This document shows positions 52,754 to 64,000 of a DNA stretch of 64,000 nt, piece after piece (position 1 is the stretch's first letter; the number at the start of each line of letters is the position of its first letter). Where the stretch lies: positions 63,862,001-63,926,000 of the forward strand of contig NC_087436.1 of NCBI RefSeq assembly GCF_036321535.1, read 5' to 3'. The translations under genes and the position numbers were made by a program. The notes beneath the pieces were generated by a model that searched no databases, was not told the origin of the DNA, and saw only the letters and a program-made list of their open reading frames with translations. This DNA is from Camelus dromedarius. Taxonomy: Eukaryota.

Positions 52754-54689
52754 GTAGGTGTGTGTGCTTGCAGACCTTTGCAGCTGCTAGTTGTCATCTC
52801 CTTTCTTCCTCCGTTTTCCTTTATCCAAACCCCATCTCCCTGTTAGTCCTGGCAAGGTCACAGATGTTTCATAGACTGAGAAACATTGGGAAACAGTAGG
52901 ATACAGAAACACTAGTGTGGAGGAAAACAAAAACACGCCCTGAGGAGGAGGACTGCTGTCTTGTCTTGACAAGATGGTGGCGGCACAAATTGGTTCTGTG
53001 TATCTTAGAAGAACAATTCTATCAGTGTTTCAGAATAGTGCTCTGTCTCTGCATGGTATTAGCGCATTATTTGTGACAATACCCATGGTGGTACTCCTGT
53101 GTAATTAAACGTTAGAAGTTCTGGATCTTTGTTTACCAAATTACACAGTTTTCCACAAATTCACAAAAGAGTGTGAAATAAATTTTCAGATTGATTAAAC
53201 TGAGTAGCATCCCTCTAGTGTCTTGTTTTAGTTAACTTTTTGTCTCATTCAAGAGTGATAGTTTTACATTGTTTTATCTTTAATAGGAAGGATAGTTTAT
53301 CCTAGGAAGACAGCTGAGAGATGAATCATACAGTCTTTAATTTTGGAAGATATGACAATCATCCTAAATTCCTAATTCTATACAAATGAATAGCAGAGTT
53401 CTCAGAAACATATGTATATCTTTAGAAGCATGAATAACTATATGATAGATAAACAAATTATTTTTTTAAATCCAGAGTGAGTTCAGAATACAATAATTTA
53501 TTTAAACTGAGGGCCTCTTCTACTTCTTTATTGGTCAACTCATTGGTTCATTGTAAGAAATACCAAGCAAATTTGTCTGCAAAGAACTGTAGTAGATGCC
53601 AAAAGTAAGAAATAGACTTACCTTTAAAAAGCTTACAGTCTCCTAGGCAGAGAGACAATAATACAGAAAACTATTACATAAGATTGAATATGGAAGTAGA
53701 TACTAAAAATATGTTTAAGTGATACAGAAATGGTGAAATGATTCCACTTGGGTAGAACCATGAAAAACTAACTGAAATGGTTCTGGAATGTTGTATAATC
53801 ATAGTATCTACAGGTAAATGGAAGAAAGCATTCCAAACAGAAACTGCATGAGCAAAAGTTCAGAAGCACTAAGAGCTGCGCACACTTACTCTACTGTGGG
53901 CCAGACACTGGGTTTTGAACTGGCAATACAATGATAAATATTAAGGAAGTTTACATGATGGAGTTCACAAGCTGGTAACAATCTGGGAAGAACAAGGAGA
54001 GAAATTTTTCTATTAATACCAGCACCACCCTATGTAGTGACAAAGTAAAGGACATTGAAAGCCGAGGAAAGGAGGTTATTCAGTGAAGTGGTGTGTCTCT
54101 GCTGTGTGTGTCTGTGTGTACACCCACTTTAAGCATGTAAGAGACATAGTCATAATTGTGATTTAGGAAAATTAATTTGGTAGAAATAAATAATGTGGAG
54201 TTGGTAGAATGGATGTAATGAGGCCAGGGAAGAATTTACTTTTGCATATCAAATTCACTCCTTTTTAAAAGGAAAGTTTTACATTTTATCTCTTTCTCTG
54301 TCCCCTTTAATCTTCATTTTTTGTCTTGTCTTGTTTTTTGGTTTTTGCTTTTTAATGGGAGATGGATGAAAGCAGGCAGGGTCTTGTGCCCTTTTTCATT
54401 TACCACCTGCTTAGGTTTCTCTTATCATATACCTTACATGCTCTGTCTGCTGCTTCTTACTGTTTATTCCTGCATGTATTGTTTTTTCTGTAATCTCCTT
54501 TGTCCCTGATGCCAATACCAAGTACTCAAAAGCTGGTTGAATATATTACTGCCTACTTTCAAACTCTGATCTTTAAGTTCTTATATGGATGTATGTTTCA
54601 TTCAGGTTGGCAGTTCAATTTATTATAAGCAGAGCTTATACTGACAGAATCATATATTCAGGTCTTTTCATTTAAAAAATATGAAAGAA

Positions 54690-54910
54690 AAAAATGTAGT
54701 GCCTCAGATAAAAAGGTTGTCCAATTACAATGTGGGATAGGACCAGCTGCACAAGCTGGAGGAAAAGGATCAGGAATCACAGTAGATAAGATGACAATGG
54801 GTCACCAATATGGGACTACAGTTAAGAAAGGGAACCTGATAGTGGGATACATGAGTAGGATCGTAAAATGCAAGAACCATAAGGTACTCAGCATTAATCA
54901 GTCCCTACAG
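54690..54910 (+). mobile_element. CR1/L3 LINE fragment
   Basis: gaaaaggatcaggaatcacagtaga...caatatggga...tgggatacatgagtagga resembles the L3 RT C-terminal region. Confidence 0.55.
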
Positions 54911-55567
54911 ATCTGGGCTTAGCACCAAAAGCAGTGTGATGACAGGGCCTGCCTAAGGCACAATTTCAAGGCAAGTGAATTTGGCTTCAGCAGCTGCTGA
55001 CCAATATTTTCCACATCCTGCTGATCCCCACCGATGCCCCGCCTCCAGGCAGTCAGCACCCAGTACTTCCACATGTGGCCCACGACCCTGGCACTGTCCT
55101 ACATGCCAATACCATCGGCTCCCTGGCTCCCTTTCTACCATCCTCACATTTTGAGATCAGGAGCCCAGAGGTCTAATAAACTGCTTTGGAAGAAGAAAGT
55201 CATTTCAAAGGAGAACGTGGAATAATAAGACTTAAACCCAATGACTCTGCAGTGGTGCAATTTCAGACAGGATGGCATATGGTATAGAGATGTATGAGGA
55301 TGGGGAGATACAGTAAGGAAGGCTTTATATTTTCTTGTTCTAATAAAAATATCTAAACCAAAACCACATTATCCATGCAACTATCTACCATAATACATAA
55401 ATCCGGCATAAAATATTTTAGACGTGTAAATTAGACGTGTAAAATAATAATAAGACGTGTAAAAATAATAATTCATTTAATTCAAAAACTTATTTATCTT
55501 CACTTTTTCTTGCTGAATTTCAATCTGTTTGTTTCTGACAAGTTCTTCAAGTTAATAAGAATAATTT

Positions 55568-55790
55568 GCAGATACTAACTAATATGTATAAAATAGATAG
55601 ACAACAAGTTCATACTGTATAGCACAGGAAACTATGTTCAATATCTTATAGTAACTTATGATGGAAGAGAATATGAAAACAAATATATGTATGTTCATGT
55701 ATGGTTAAAGCGTTACACTGTATACCAGAAATTGATACAGCATTGTAAACTGACTATCTTTCAACAAAAATATACACATAAATTTTTAAA
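55568..55790 (+). mobile_element. Short camelid-type L1 3'UTR insertion with TSD
   Basis: Same 3'UTR as 33390-33580. Flanked by aagaataattt (55557-55567) and aagagtaattt (55791-55801). Confidence 0.9.
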
Positions 55791-55874
55791 AAGAGTAATT
55801 TTAAACTCAGATTGTACTCTATAGGTACTCTACCAACTGTCTAATAATTCTATATAAAGGTTTCATGAGCAAAC

Positions 55875-55875
<1 letters not shown>

Positions 55876-55908
<33 letters not shown>

Positions 55909-55926
55909 TACACACATATATATACA
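55876..55926. repeat. Compound (TA)n(CA)n microsatellite
   Basis: Directly visible. Confidence 0.92.
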
Positions 55927-56149
55927 TAACCATAAACATATATTTCCACATGTGTATATGTATTTATATATTCTCTGGTTTGAAATTCAGGTCATTTGCT
56001 AAAATATTTTAAAACATTAAACCAAAAAGTGGTTGGTCTCACTCATTTTGAATCCAGTCATTAACACGGGTTTCTACTTAAAGCAGATCATCACAGACAG
56101 TATATTTTCATTACATTTCCTTACTAGAGTTAAATCTGCCCTGCAAATA

Positions 56150-56975
56150 TGCCCTGCAAATCATTCAACAATTTTCTTAATGTTTCTATATGCCACTCTA
56201 AACAACACCAACAAGGTCTTTGCTTTCTTGGAATTTAAATTCTAGTTGAAGGTGAAAGACAATGAACAAACAAAATAATAAACATCAGATGAGCATGAGT
56301 GCTATAAAGAAAATAGAACATGATGACAGGACGGTGAATGGATGACACAATGACACTTCAGATAAGAAGGCAGCAAAGGCCATTTGAAGAAGTGATCTTT
56401 GAGCTGAGACCTGAATTTTGCCGAGGATCTAGCCACACAAAGATATGAAGGAGGAGCATTCCAGGCACAAGGAAGGGCAAATTTCAAAGCCCTGAAGTAG
56501 GAGGAACAAGCACAGATCACTGGAAAAATAGAACAAAGACTGATGAGGCGGCAGGATAGTGACTGAGGAGGTGAGCAGGAAGGCAACAGGGGAGAAACAA
56601 GAAAGAGCCAAATGATGTGGTCCTTTTATGCCTTGGGAAAGAACTCAGATCTGATTCTGAGTCCAAGAGGAAGTTAGTGGATACTATTAAGCTGGAGAGT
56701 GAAATTACCTGTTTTTTTGTTTGTTTATTTGTTTTAAGATGCTTCCAGCTACAGTGTCAGGGATAGAGGGCAGGGGGACAGGTGTGTGGGACAGGGGCTG
56801 ATGGTGAGGCTTGCGGTTCTCAAGGAGAGTGTCCAAGTGGCTCAGACTACAGAAATAGTAATTGGGATGGAGAAAAATTTTTAATTCAGACTATATTTTG
56901 GTGGTAGACCAAACAGAACTTGTTTTATATTGCAATTGGGGTAGGGGAGGGATAGAGAGGAATCAAATTCCAGTT
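56150..56975 (-). mobile_element. L2 3' portion
   Basis: tcattcaacaatttt...gaagtgatctttgagctgagacctgaa...gcattccaggcacaaggaagggcaaa..aaagccctga. Confidence 0.85.
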
Positions 56976-59959
56976 AAGCAGTGAAAGATACACATTAAAA
57001 AAAGTTCTAGACGCATATTAAAGCCACTTGTTAAACTAATCCTACTGGAAACAAAAAACTCTTTTAATAGTCATACAATAAAATTCAATTCAAAAATATT
57101 TGTCAAGAGACTACTATGTATAAAGCACTTTGATAAGACTTATAGATAACACAAAAGACTGTTCTCGCTCTCAGTAATTACTAAAAATAGAAGATATAAT
57201 TAACTAGAGAACTAATTTTTAGACAACATTTTCAAATCAAGTAAAACACTTATCGAAAGCCTAGGATGAGCACAGCACTGCTAAGAACAAAAGGTGGCTA
57301 TACACAGACGAACAAAATGTGCCATTGGCAGCAAGTAATTTAACTCTAAAAGAAAACATAATTTTTCCTAGAATTAGCTACCAGAGATTATAAAATATAC
57401 ATCCATCCAGTCCATCTTCAATAGGTTTGGAATCATCATTATATCACGTTTAAAATCCACCTCTATCCTTGCTCAGTGGCATCTAGTGGTCATACTCCTT
57501 TTTCCCTTTTACATCATGGCTCAGCATAACATGCCAAGGGGACTATAGCAGTCAGCACATTGTGTTTTTCTTATAGTCATACTTTGTTTGGCTCATGCTG
57601 TTTTAGATAGAGAAGCTGCACTGCTAAATTAAAAGGCTATGTACTCCCAGCGAGTGGGTGCTGATGACCTAAATGACTGGAAAGAGAGTGATTTGCTATG
57701 CCATCTGAACTCTGAGTATGCAGAGCAGAGTTGTGCGTGAGGCATAGCTCTGTGCTTTCCTGTGCATTCATGCACTAGGATTTCCCACTCTGCATAATTG
57801 GTCACTTTATACTAAAATAATTAATAAGAAAGGATTTTAATATCGTGCATGTTGCTAATGGTGTGTTGCTACTAGCATAAAAGTACTTCAAATGTATCTC
57901 TGGAACGTGCAAGTGTTTCAACCCAGCATCAGACGTTCTCAGGGCTGGGTGGCAGACTAGTGACAGAGGGTTGTGTTTTTCAGAATGACTGAAAAGACCT
58001 CATCTGCTGCTTATAATTGTAGGTGCTAAATGCCAATAGTCTGTTTCCATTTTGAAGGGAAGTTTGGTATTATGTCAAAGCAAATGGTATGTTTATATTC
58101 TTGAGATTTGTGGCAAAAGTTGGTAGAAATGCTCAAGGAGATGAATTTTTAAATATGGAAGCAACTGAAGGGCAAAACACAGAAACATATACATGAAATC
58201 TACTCTCAGGGACTCTGGGTACAGCTGACTTCTCTCTTGAGTTCAGATGAGTACCTAGAGGCTGGATCCGGTCCTCATAGTGATAAAAATAACATGTTCT
58301 CACATTTATGATGATAGACACCTCTTATTTAGACAACTTCTACCAACAGCAAAAAAATAAAAATCAAAAATTCTCATTGCTAGCACTTCCCTACTCACAG
58401 CTGCTTCCTTTCCATACTAATCACAGCAAAGCAGACACCCATCTCAAAATTGACCAGAGAATGCAAATGGAAATAAAAATCTTCACTAAAGCATCTGAAT
58501 ATGATAACTGTCTGATGACAGTACTTAGGAGAAAGGGGAAATTTTAAAGAGGAAACTGAACTGAAATGGAACCAGAAAGAGATAAAGTGTAACATGTTTC
58601 AAATTGTTAAGTGTGTGTTCAGATTGAAGTGTCATGTATGTCTATGAATATAAAGATATCTGAGAAGATATGAGTTTTTATCTTTTTCAAGGTGATACTG
58701 CTTTATTCATTTAACATGCCTATCATGAGAAATGAGAAATTATTCCTTCTTGTTAGATTGGGGTTCACAGAAACAATGGCATTTTTCCTGAGTGTTAAAG
58801 AAGAACCAAAATCTTTGTGTAGGGGAAAGATGGAAGGTGATGATGTTGAACTAACAGCACTTTCCATCCTGTGGACCATTAAAATTGATCCAATTTTGGT
58901 GAATGTCTCAACCGTGCTTGGGGAAGCTGCCTTTTAGGCCCAAGGTCGGTCCCTTATGTCATTAGAGCTGATCCAAACCTGACACCCCTTGCCTGATTTT
59001 CCAGTTACACTTGCTTCTGAGCTATCTAGAGCTATGCCTTGTGGTTTAGGATTGTGCAACTCAGAATTCCATCAGCCTTTTCTCATGCCTTTACCACAGT
59101 TGTCCCAATGGAACTTAAAGCAGGTACTCAGATATTCTGCTATATTCCATTTTTCACATATGCCTCATCCAGCATATGAGAATTGTAAGCATTAAAAATT
59201 GGCTATCTTCTAGGACCATGCTTTTGTTTTCATTGATCTTGTCCTGTCACTTGATAATCACCAAAGTGTAAAGAATCTGGTGTTACAGAAACAGAGATGA
59301 TGACAGAAATTGACCGCCTTGTGGACATTTTGCATACTATTGGGTTTGTGGATATTTTTAAAGATAACTTGGAAACTAGAAAATTCTATAAAAATGTAAG
59401 GCAGTAGTTGCAGTTAACAGTATTATGCTGCTGGCCTTCCAATGACACACAGACTCTGAGTCAATTTTCTTTCTCATTTTCAGACATGACAATACACATA
59501 TCTCAACGTGGTGTTCATATGGCTCACACTCAAACCCTGCCAACCGAGAGTGGAGTTAGGTTGCTGCAACTTCTAAGCACAATTGACTCACTCACTAACT
59601 AACTTAAGGTTGTAGTTGATAATATCAACATAGATTCTATCTTAACTGGACTCATCAGAGAAGAGAGAAAGAGCTTTCTGTTAGTTCTAGTCATAAGCTC
59701 ACAGAATGTCAAAGGGGACCTTAGAGAACATCTGGCTGCCGAGTCCCAACATGCAGCTGCACAAATTTTCTAAAAGTTATGAGAGAAATTGGACATTTTC
59801 TATACAATATCACACATGGATATAAAAATAAGTTTCTTTGATTTTAATTGGCATTTTTAAGTGTAACAGAGGAAAACAATCCTAAGTGAATTATTTGTGA
59901 ATTGTAATCAATTATTAAATATTAATAATAATTTTTGATACAAATCTTTTTTTTTAATT

Positions 59960-60620
59960 CTCTGACTTATCTCTTGTCTTGCCCTCTTCCTAATCCATTC
60001 TCCATGTTGCTAACATTATGCCATTTCTAAAAAATCAAACCTGATCAAAAGCTTCCTTATTTATCTCTTTCAAGATTCTTACTTGCCTAAGAGACAAAGC
60101 CCAACTGCTTATCAGAGCACAGAAGACATTCAGTGCCCAAGCCCCAGCCTACCTTTTCAGCTACATTTCTCATCTAGCTTCTCATTTCCTTCTACCCACC
60201 ATCCACCCACTCGTCTAACTTCAAACCATACAAAACTGCATGACTTGCAGTACTTAAAAACGCCAGGATATTTCATGCTGCCTGGCCTTTGCATTCACTG
60301 CTTCTTCTGCCAGGAGCACTCTTTCCATCTTTGTTTGCCTAGCAAACAAACACCTACTCATCTTTCAGAATTCAGCTCAAGCATTACCTTTTCTATAAAG
60401 AGTTTCTCCCTCCTGGACGTCTGCCCCAGTAGAATTACCACTCTCCTATTTCTGGTGTATCCATCGTAGTACATTTAGCATAAGGTATACATCCTCATGT
60501 ACATGTCTGCTCCTGCACTTTCACCCCGTTCCCTCCACTGGATTGTTTTCAGGTCAGGAAATGTACCAGAATCATCTTAGAATCCTTAGTACTAGCGCCC
60601 TTCCATTGAGCATTTGTAGA
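59960..60620 (+). mobile_element. L2 fragment
   Basis: taatccattctcca...gcctttgcattcactgcttcttctgccaggagcactcttt...cagctcaagcattacc. Confidence 0.75.
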
Positions 60621-60684
60621 AGGAAGGAAGGAAGAAAGTAGAGAGGGAAGGAGGGAAGGAAGCAAAGTCAGAAAGTTCTATAAA

Positions 60685-61385
60685 CTCTACTCCAAAATAG
60701 AGTTCACATTTAACAGCATCTGAGCATCTCAGCTGCTACCACCCTCATCCAAATCACTCTCCTCTGGACTTCTGCAACAGCCTGCTTCTCTGGTCTTTTT
60801 GCTTTCAGTTTTGTGTTGTTCGGTCCACCCTCCATACAGCTGCTGGAATAATCTTTCTGAAAGGCATATCAGATCATATTACTTTTCTGAGAAAATCTCT
60901 CCAGCCTTTACACTGACAAGAGCAACAAGAAAACGATCTTCACATCCCATCTCACCTCTCCAATCCCATCTTGCTTCTCTACCATTCAGCCACACTGTTC
61001 TGATATTTTTCTCACCAAGACATCAAAGTTTTCCTGTCTCAGGGCTTTTGCACTTAATGTGTCAAAAGTATTCTTCCCCAGATCTTTGCATGGCTGACTC
61101 CTTTACATCATTTGGAGACAAGTTCAAATACAACTTCCCAGAAGAAGTCCTTCTTGACCATCCTGGCACAGCCTCAGTATGGCCTCAGTCCTATTCCCAA
61201 TACTATAGTTGTCTAAGTGGAATTTATCACTGAGTTTGCCTTTTGTTTGTTCACTTGTTTATTGCTACGTCCCACACTAGTAGACGAGACTTGTCTTCTT
61301 CGACACTCTAGTCCCAGGGCTTAAAACAAGTCCAGGGGCATACTGCATGCAGTGGGTGCTTAATATGTATTTGTTGAAAGGAGAG
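60685..61385 (+). mobile_element. L2 3' portion
   Basis: ctgctaccaccctcatcc...agggcttttgcactt...gtgcttaatatgtatttgttgaa. Confidence 0.8.
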
Positions 61386-61499
61386 GAGAAAAGTCCTAGT
61401 TCATTCACTCTCTCATTATCCTAGATGACTATTTCACAACTTCTTTCTCCTGAAACCTGTATCTCCTCCCCAAAACTGCTTCTGTCTCCATTTGCTCCC

Positions 61500-61883
61500 A
61501 CCTCTGGTGCTCTACCCTTCTCTGCTCCTCTGGCCTCCAGGAATTAACCCATCTAAATGCATCGTCTAGGGAGCCTGCTGCCTGGCTTCCCAGAGTTTAA
61601 AGTGGGAGTTTGGGGTAGGATACCAAAGGGCAAAAGAAAGAAGCCTGTTCTCCCTGCCTGCTGTGGTCTGTGTTCTGCCAGCCGCTGCCTCCTCCCAAAT
61701 CTACAGCTTCAGAAGGGCAGCTCCTCCTCTTACCACTGCTTTCTTCCCTTTCTCCTTTAGGCCCAGCAGTCAGACAGCTTTCTGCTGGTCTTAGTCTCTT
61801 TGTGATTAGCCCTTCCAGACAATTAGTAAGACTCTTGAACCAACTGAGTTTGACTCCATTTCCTGATGTGGTCAGACTAATAC
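61500..61883 (+). mobile_element. Old ERVL-type LTR fragment (LTR33-like)
   Basis: Ends tttcctgatgtggtcagactaataca and interrupts an L2-derived region. Confidence 0.35.
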
Positions 61884-62025
61884 AGTTATTCTAAGCCCGT
61901 GATGCTGCTTGGCACTTAACCAGAAAACCAGTATGTTCAAAAGAGAATTCCCAACACCTGCCCCACCACATCTACCTACCTACCAGCATCTGTTTCAACA
62001 TCCTCTGCTATCCTGCCTGAGAGTC

Positions 62026-62534
62026 CAGAGCTGTCTGTCTAATATTACAGCCACTAGCAATGTGTGACCACTGAGCACTTGAATATGGCTAGTATGACAG
62101 AGAAACCAAATGGGTGATCTTATTTAATTTAACTTACTACAAATTTAAATTTAAAGCTGAATACTCAGTTCAGCCACTGGCAAATACTAAACATGTTTGG
62201 AATACCTGTGTATATAAATCCACTTTCTGAACAGTTCTTTTTCCAGAAATCTAAATACCAATTAAGTATTTCTGATGAAAATTTCATGACCAAATTAAGA
62301 TGTTCTGTAGACATAAAAGACTTTGAAGATCTAGTACAGGATTTGAAGATCAGGCACAAAATAAAGATTGTAAAATTGCTCATTAATATTCATGTTATTA
62401 CATGTTGAAATACTATTTTGAGTATACCGGACAAATATATTATAAAATTAATTCATCTGTTAATTTAAATGTGATACCTAGAAAAAAGTAAATTACATGG
62501 ATGGCTCATATTCTCTTTCTACTGCACAGCACGG
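62026..62534. mobile_element. Charlie1-family (hAT) internally deleted element
   Basis: agccactagcaatgtgtg..gagcacttgaa..ggctagt; aaatctaaatac..aagtatttctgatgaaaattt; end ttctactgcacagcac. Confidence 0.8.
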
Positions 62535-64000
62535 CTCCAGATCCACTCTCTGGGCCCCTAAATTAAGTCAACCTTCCACTTGTGCACCAGCTCATTTTCC
62601 TCTCACCTGCTGGAACACACCATTTTAGCAATTCTCACCTCTCTTTCCAAAATTATCAAGTTTTTCTTTCAATTATATCCTTCCTATCCACACACAAACA
62701 TGCTATTATTTTTCCCCTTCAAAAAAAACATTATCTTCACCCAATTTCAACCACTATTTTGGTATTCTCCTTGGCATCAAAATTCCCTGGAAGTGTTGTG
62801 ATATTCATGGTCTCTAATTCTGGTTATCTGATTCTCTCATAAACCACTTACCCCTTCCACTGAAATGACTCTTACTGAGGTCACAGGGGTAAGACAAGGT
62901 TACACTGGCCACTACACCTCTACATTGCTCACCCACTGGTCTGTTCTAAGTCCTTTTGTTAGTTATTGTATCAAATAAATTTGAAAAAAATTGTTAGCTC
63001 CTTTCTTGATATACTATCTTTTTTTCCCATTTTCCAGAATATCACACTGTTTAGATTTTTCTTTGGTACCACTGATTGCTCCTTCTGGTCTTTTTATTAG
63101 CCTTTCCTTATGTGCCCACCCTCTTGACATTGGCATGCTCCAGGATTCAGTCCTTGATCTTCTTTCTCTCTCCTTTTGGTGATCTACATCAAGTCTTGTG
63201 GCTTTAAGTATCCACTGTTTGCCAATTATTCCAAAATATATATCTCCAGACCTGAAATAAGTCTGAATTCTAACTCCTATTTCTAACTACCTAGTCGGCA
63301 TCTTAAACTTAACTTTTTCAAAACTGAACTCCAATCTTTCTGATCTGAATGTTTGGGTTGCTTTAGCCACAAAATTCACAGTCATCCTGGATTTCTTTTT
63401 CTATTACACAACAGCACATCAGTCAGGAAATCCTACTGGCTCTATCTTCAAAATATATCAAGAATCTGACCACTTTTCACCACCTCCAGTGTTATCATAC
63501 TGGACTGAGCCCCTTCATCTCCTACATGGATTACTGCAGAAGCTTCCTAATAGCTCTCTCTGCTTCTCCTTTGCCTCAGTCTATTCTCAGCACAGCAGCC
63601 AGAGTAAGCATAATAACAAGAAAATCAAATCTGGCCTTTCCTCTGTTCAGGAAAATTGAATAAGTCACCATTTCATTTGGGGTATATCCAAACTCTTAAC
63701 AATGGAGAACAACCTCTACACAATATGGCCAAGACAACGCTAAGACCATGTCTCCTTTTATTATCCAATTTCCTCACTCTACTTCAGACACACCAGCCTC
63801 CAAGTTCTTTCTAGAGATCACCATCTTAGGCCCTTGCAATGGCTATGCCCTCTGCCTGGAACAATTTCCCTGCAGATATCCATATGCTACTTCCTTCATG
63901 TTTTTCAAGTCTTTGCTCAGAATTCACCATTCCTATGAAGCCTGATCTGATCCTCTATTTTAAGTTGTGATTTCACCCCAAATCCTATTTCCCTCATCCT
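62535..64000 (+). mobile_element. L2 (RT to 3' region), continues past the window end
   Basis: ccactgaaatgactcttactgaggtcac...gtggctttaagtatcc...aaatcctactggctctatcttcaaaatatatc...cctctgcctggaac. Confidence 0.85.

Noticed and set aside
57657..57720. C/D box snoRNA (ctgatga ... ctga)
   Set aside because: Box C is imperfect, the terminal stem is weak, the span is short, and I recognised no rRNA antisense element.
60083..61233. 128-aa and 144-aa ORFs
   Set aside because: Both lie within pyrimidine-rich L2 remnants, where stop-poor frames arise by composition.
1..64000. The short six-frame ORFs as genes; prokaryote-type systems such as CRISPR arrays or operons
   Set aside because: The DNA is mammalian and repeat-rich. 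ORFs are 60-152 aa, many start at non-ATG codons, and the recognisable ones are L1 ORF2 debris. I saw no regular repeat-spacer array.

Overview
AT-rich, CpG-poor mammalian intronic or intergenic DNA, most likely from a camelid (alpaca/llama/camel). That call rests on a camelid-type tRNA-derived SINE at ~29.8 kb and camelid/artiodactyl-type L1 3' ends. The window is dominated by interspersed repeats: L1 of several ages (including nested copies), L2, MIR, CR1/L3, MaLR/ERVL LTRs, and hAT-Charlie and Tc2 DNA transposons. I could not recognise any intact protein-coding gene; the listed ORFs are L1 remnants or chance ORFs. The clearest non-TE feature is a histone H3.3 (H3F3A) processed retrocopy at ~28.4-29.07 kb. 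Its 3'UTR is well preserved, but its 5' part is scrambled, retains CpGs and carries an 80-codon ORF. Other signals: candidate small spliced exons of an unidentified + strand transcript, a candidate - strand promoter/first exon near 46.1 kb, a CpG-enriched domain inside ancient repeats, and repeat-free blocks with hairpins. Repeat family names come from my recollection of consensus sequences, not from a database search, and repeat boundaries are approximate. I cannot demonstrate a new biological system from this sequence alone.
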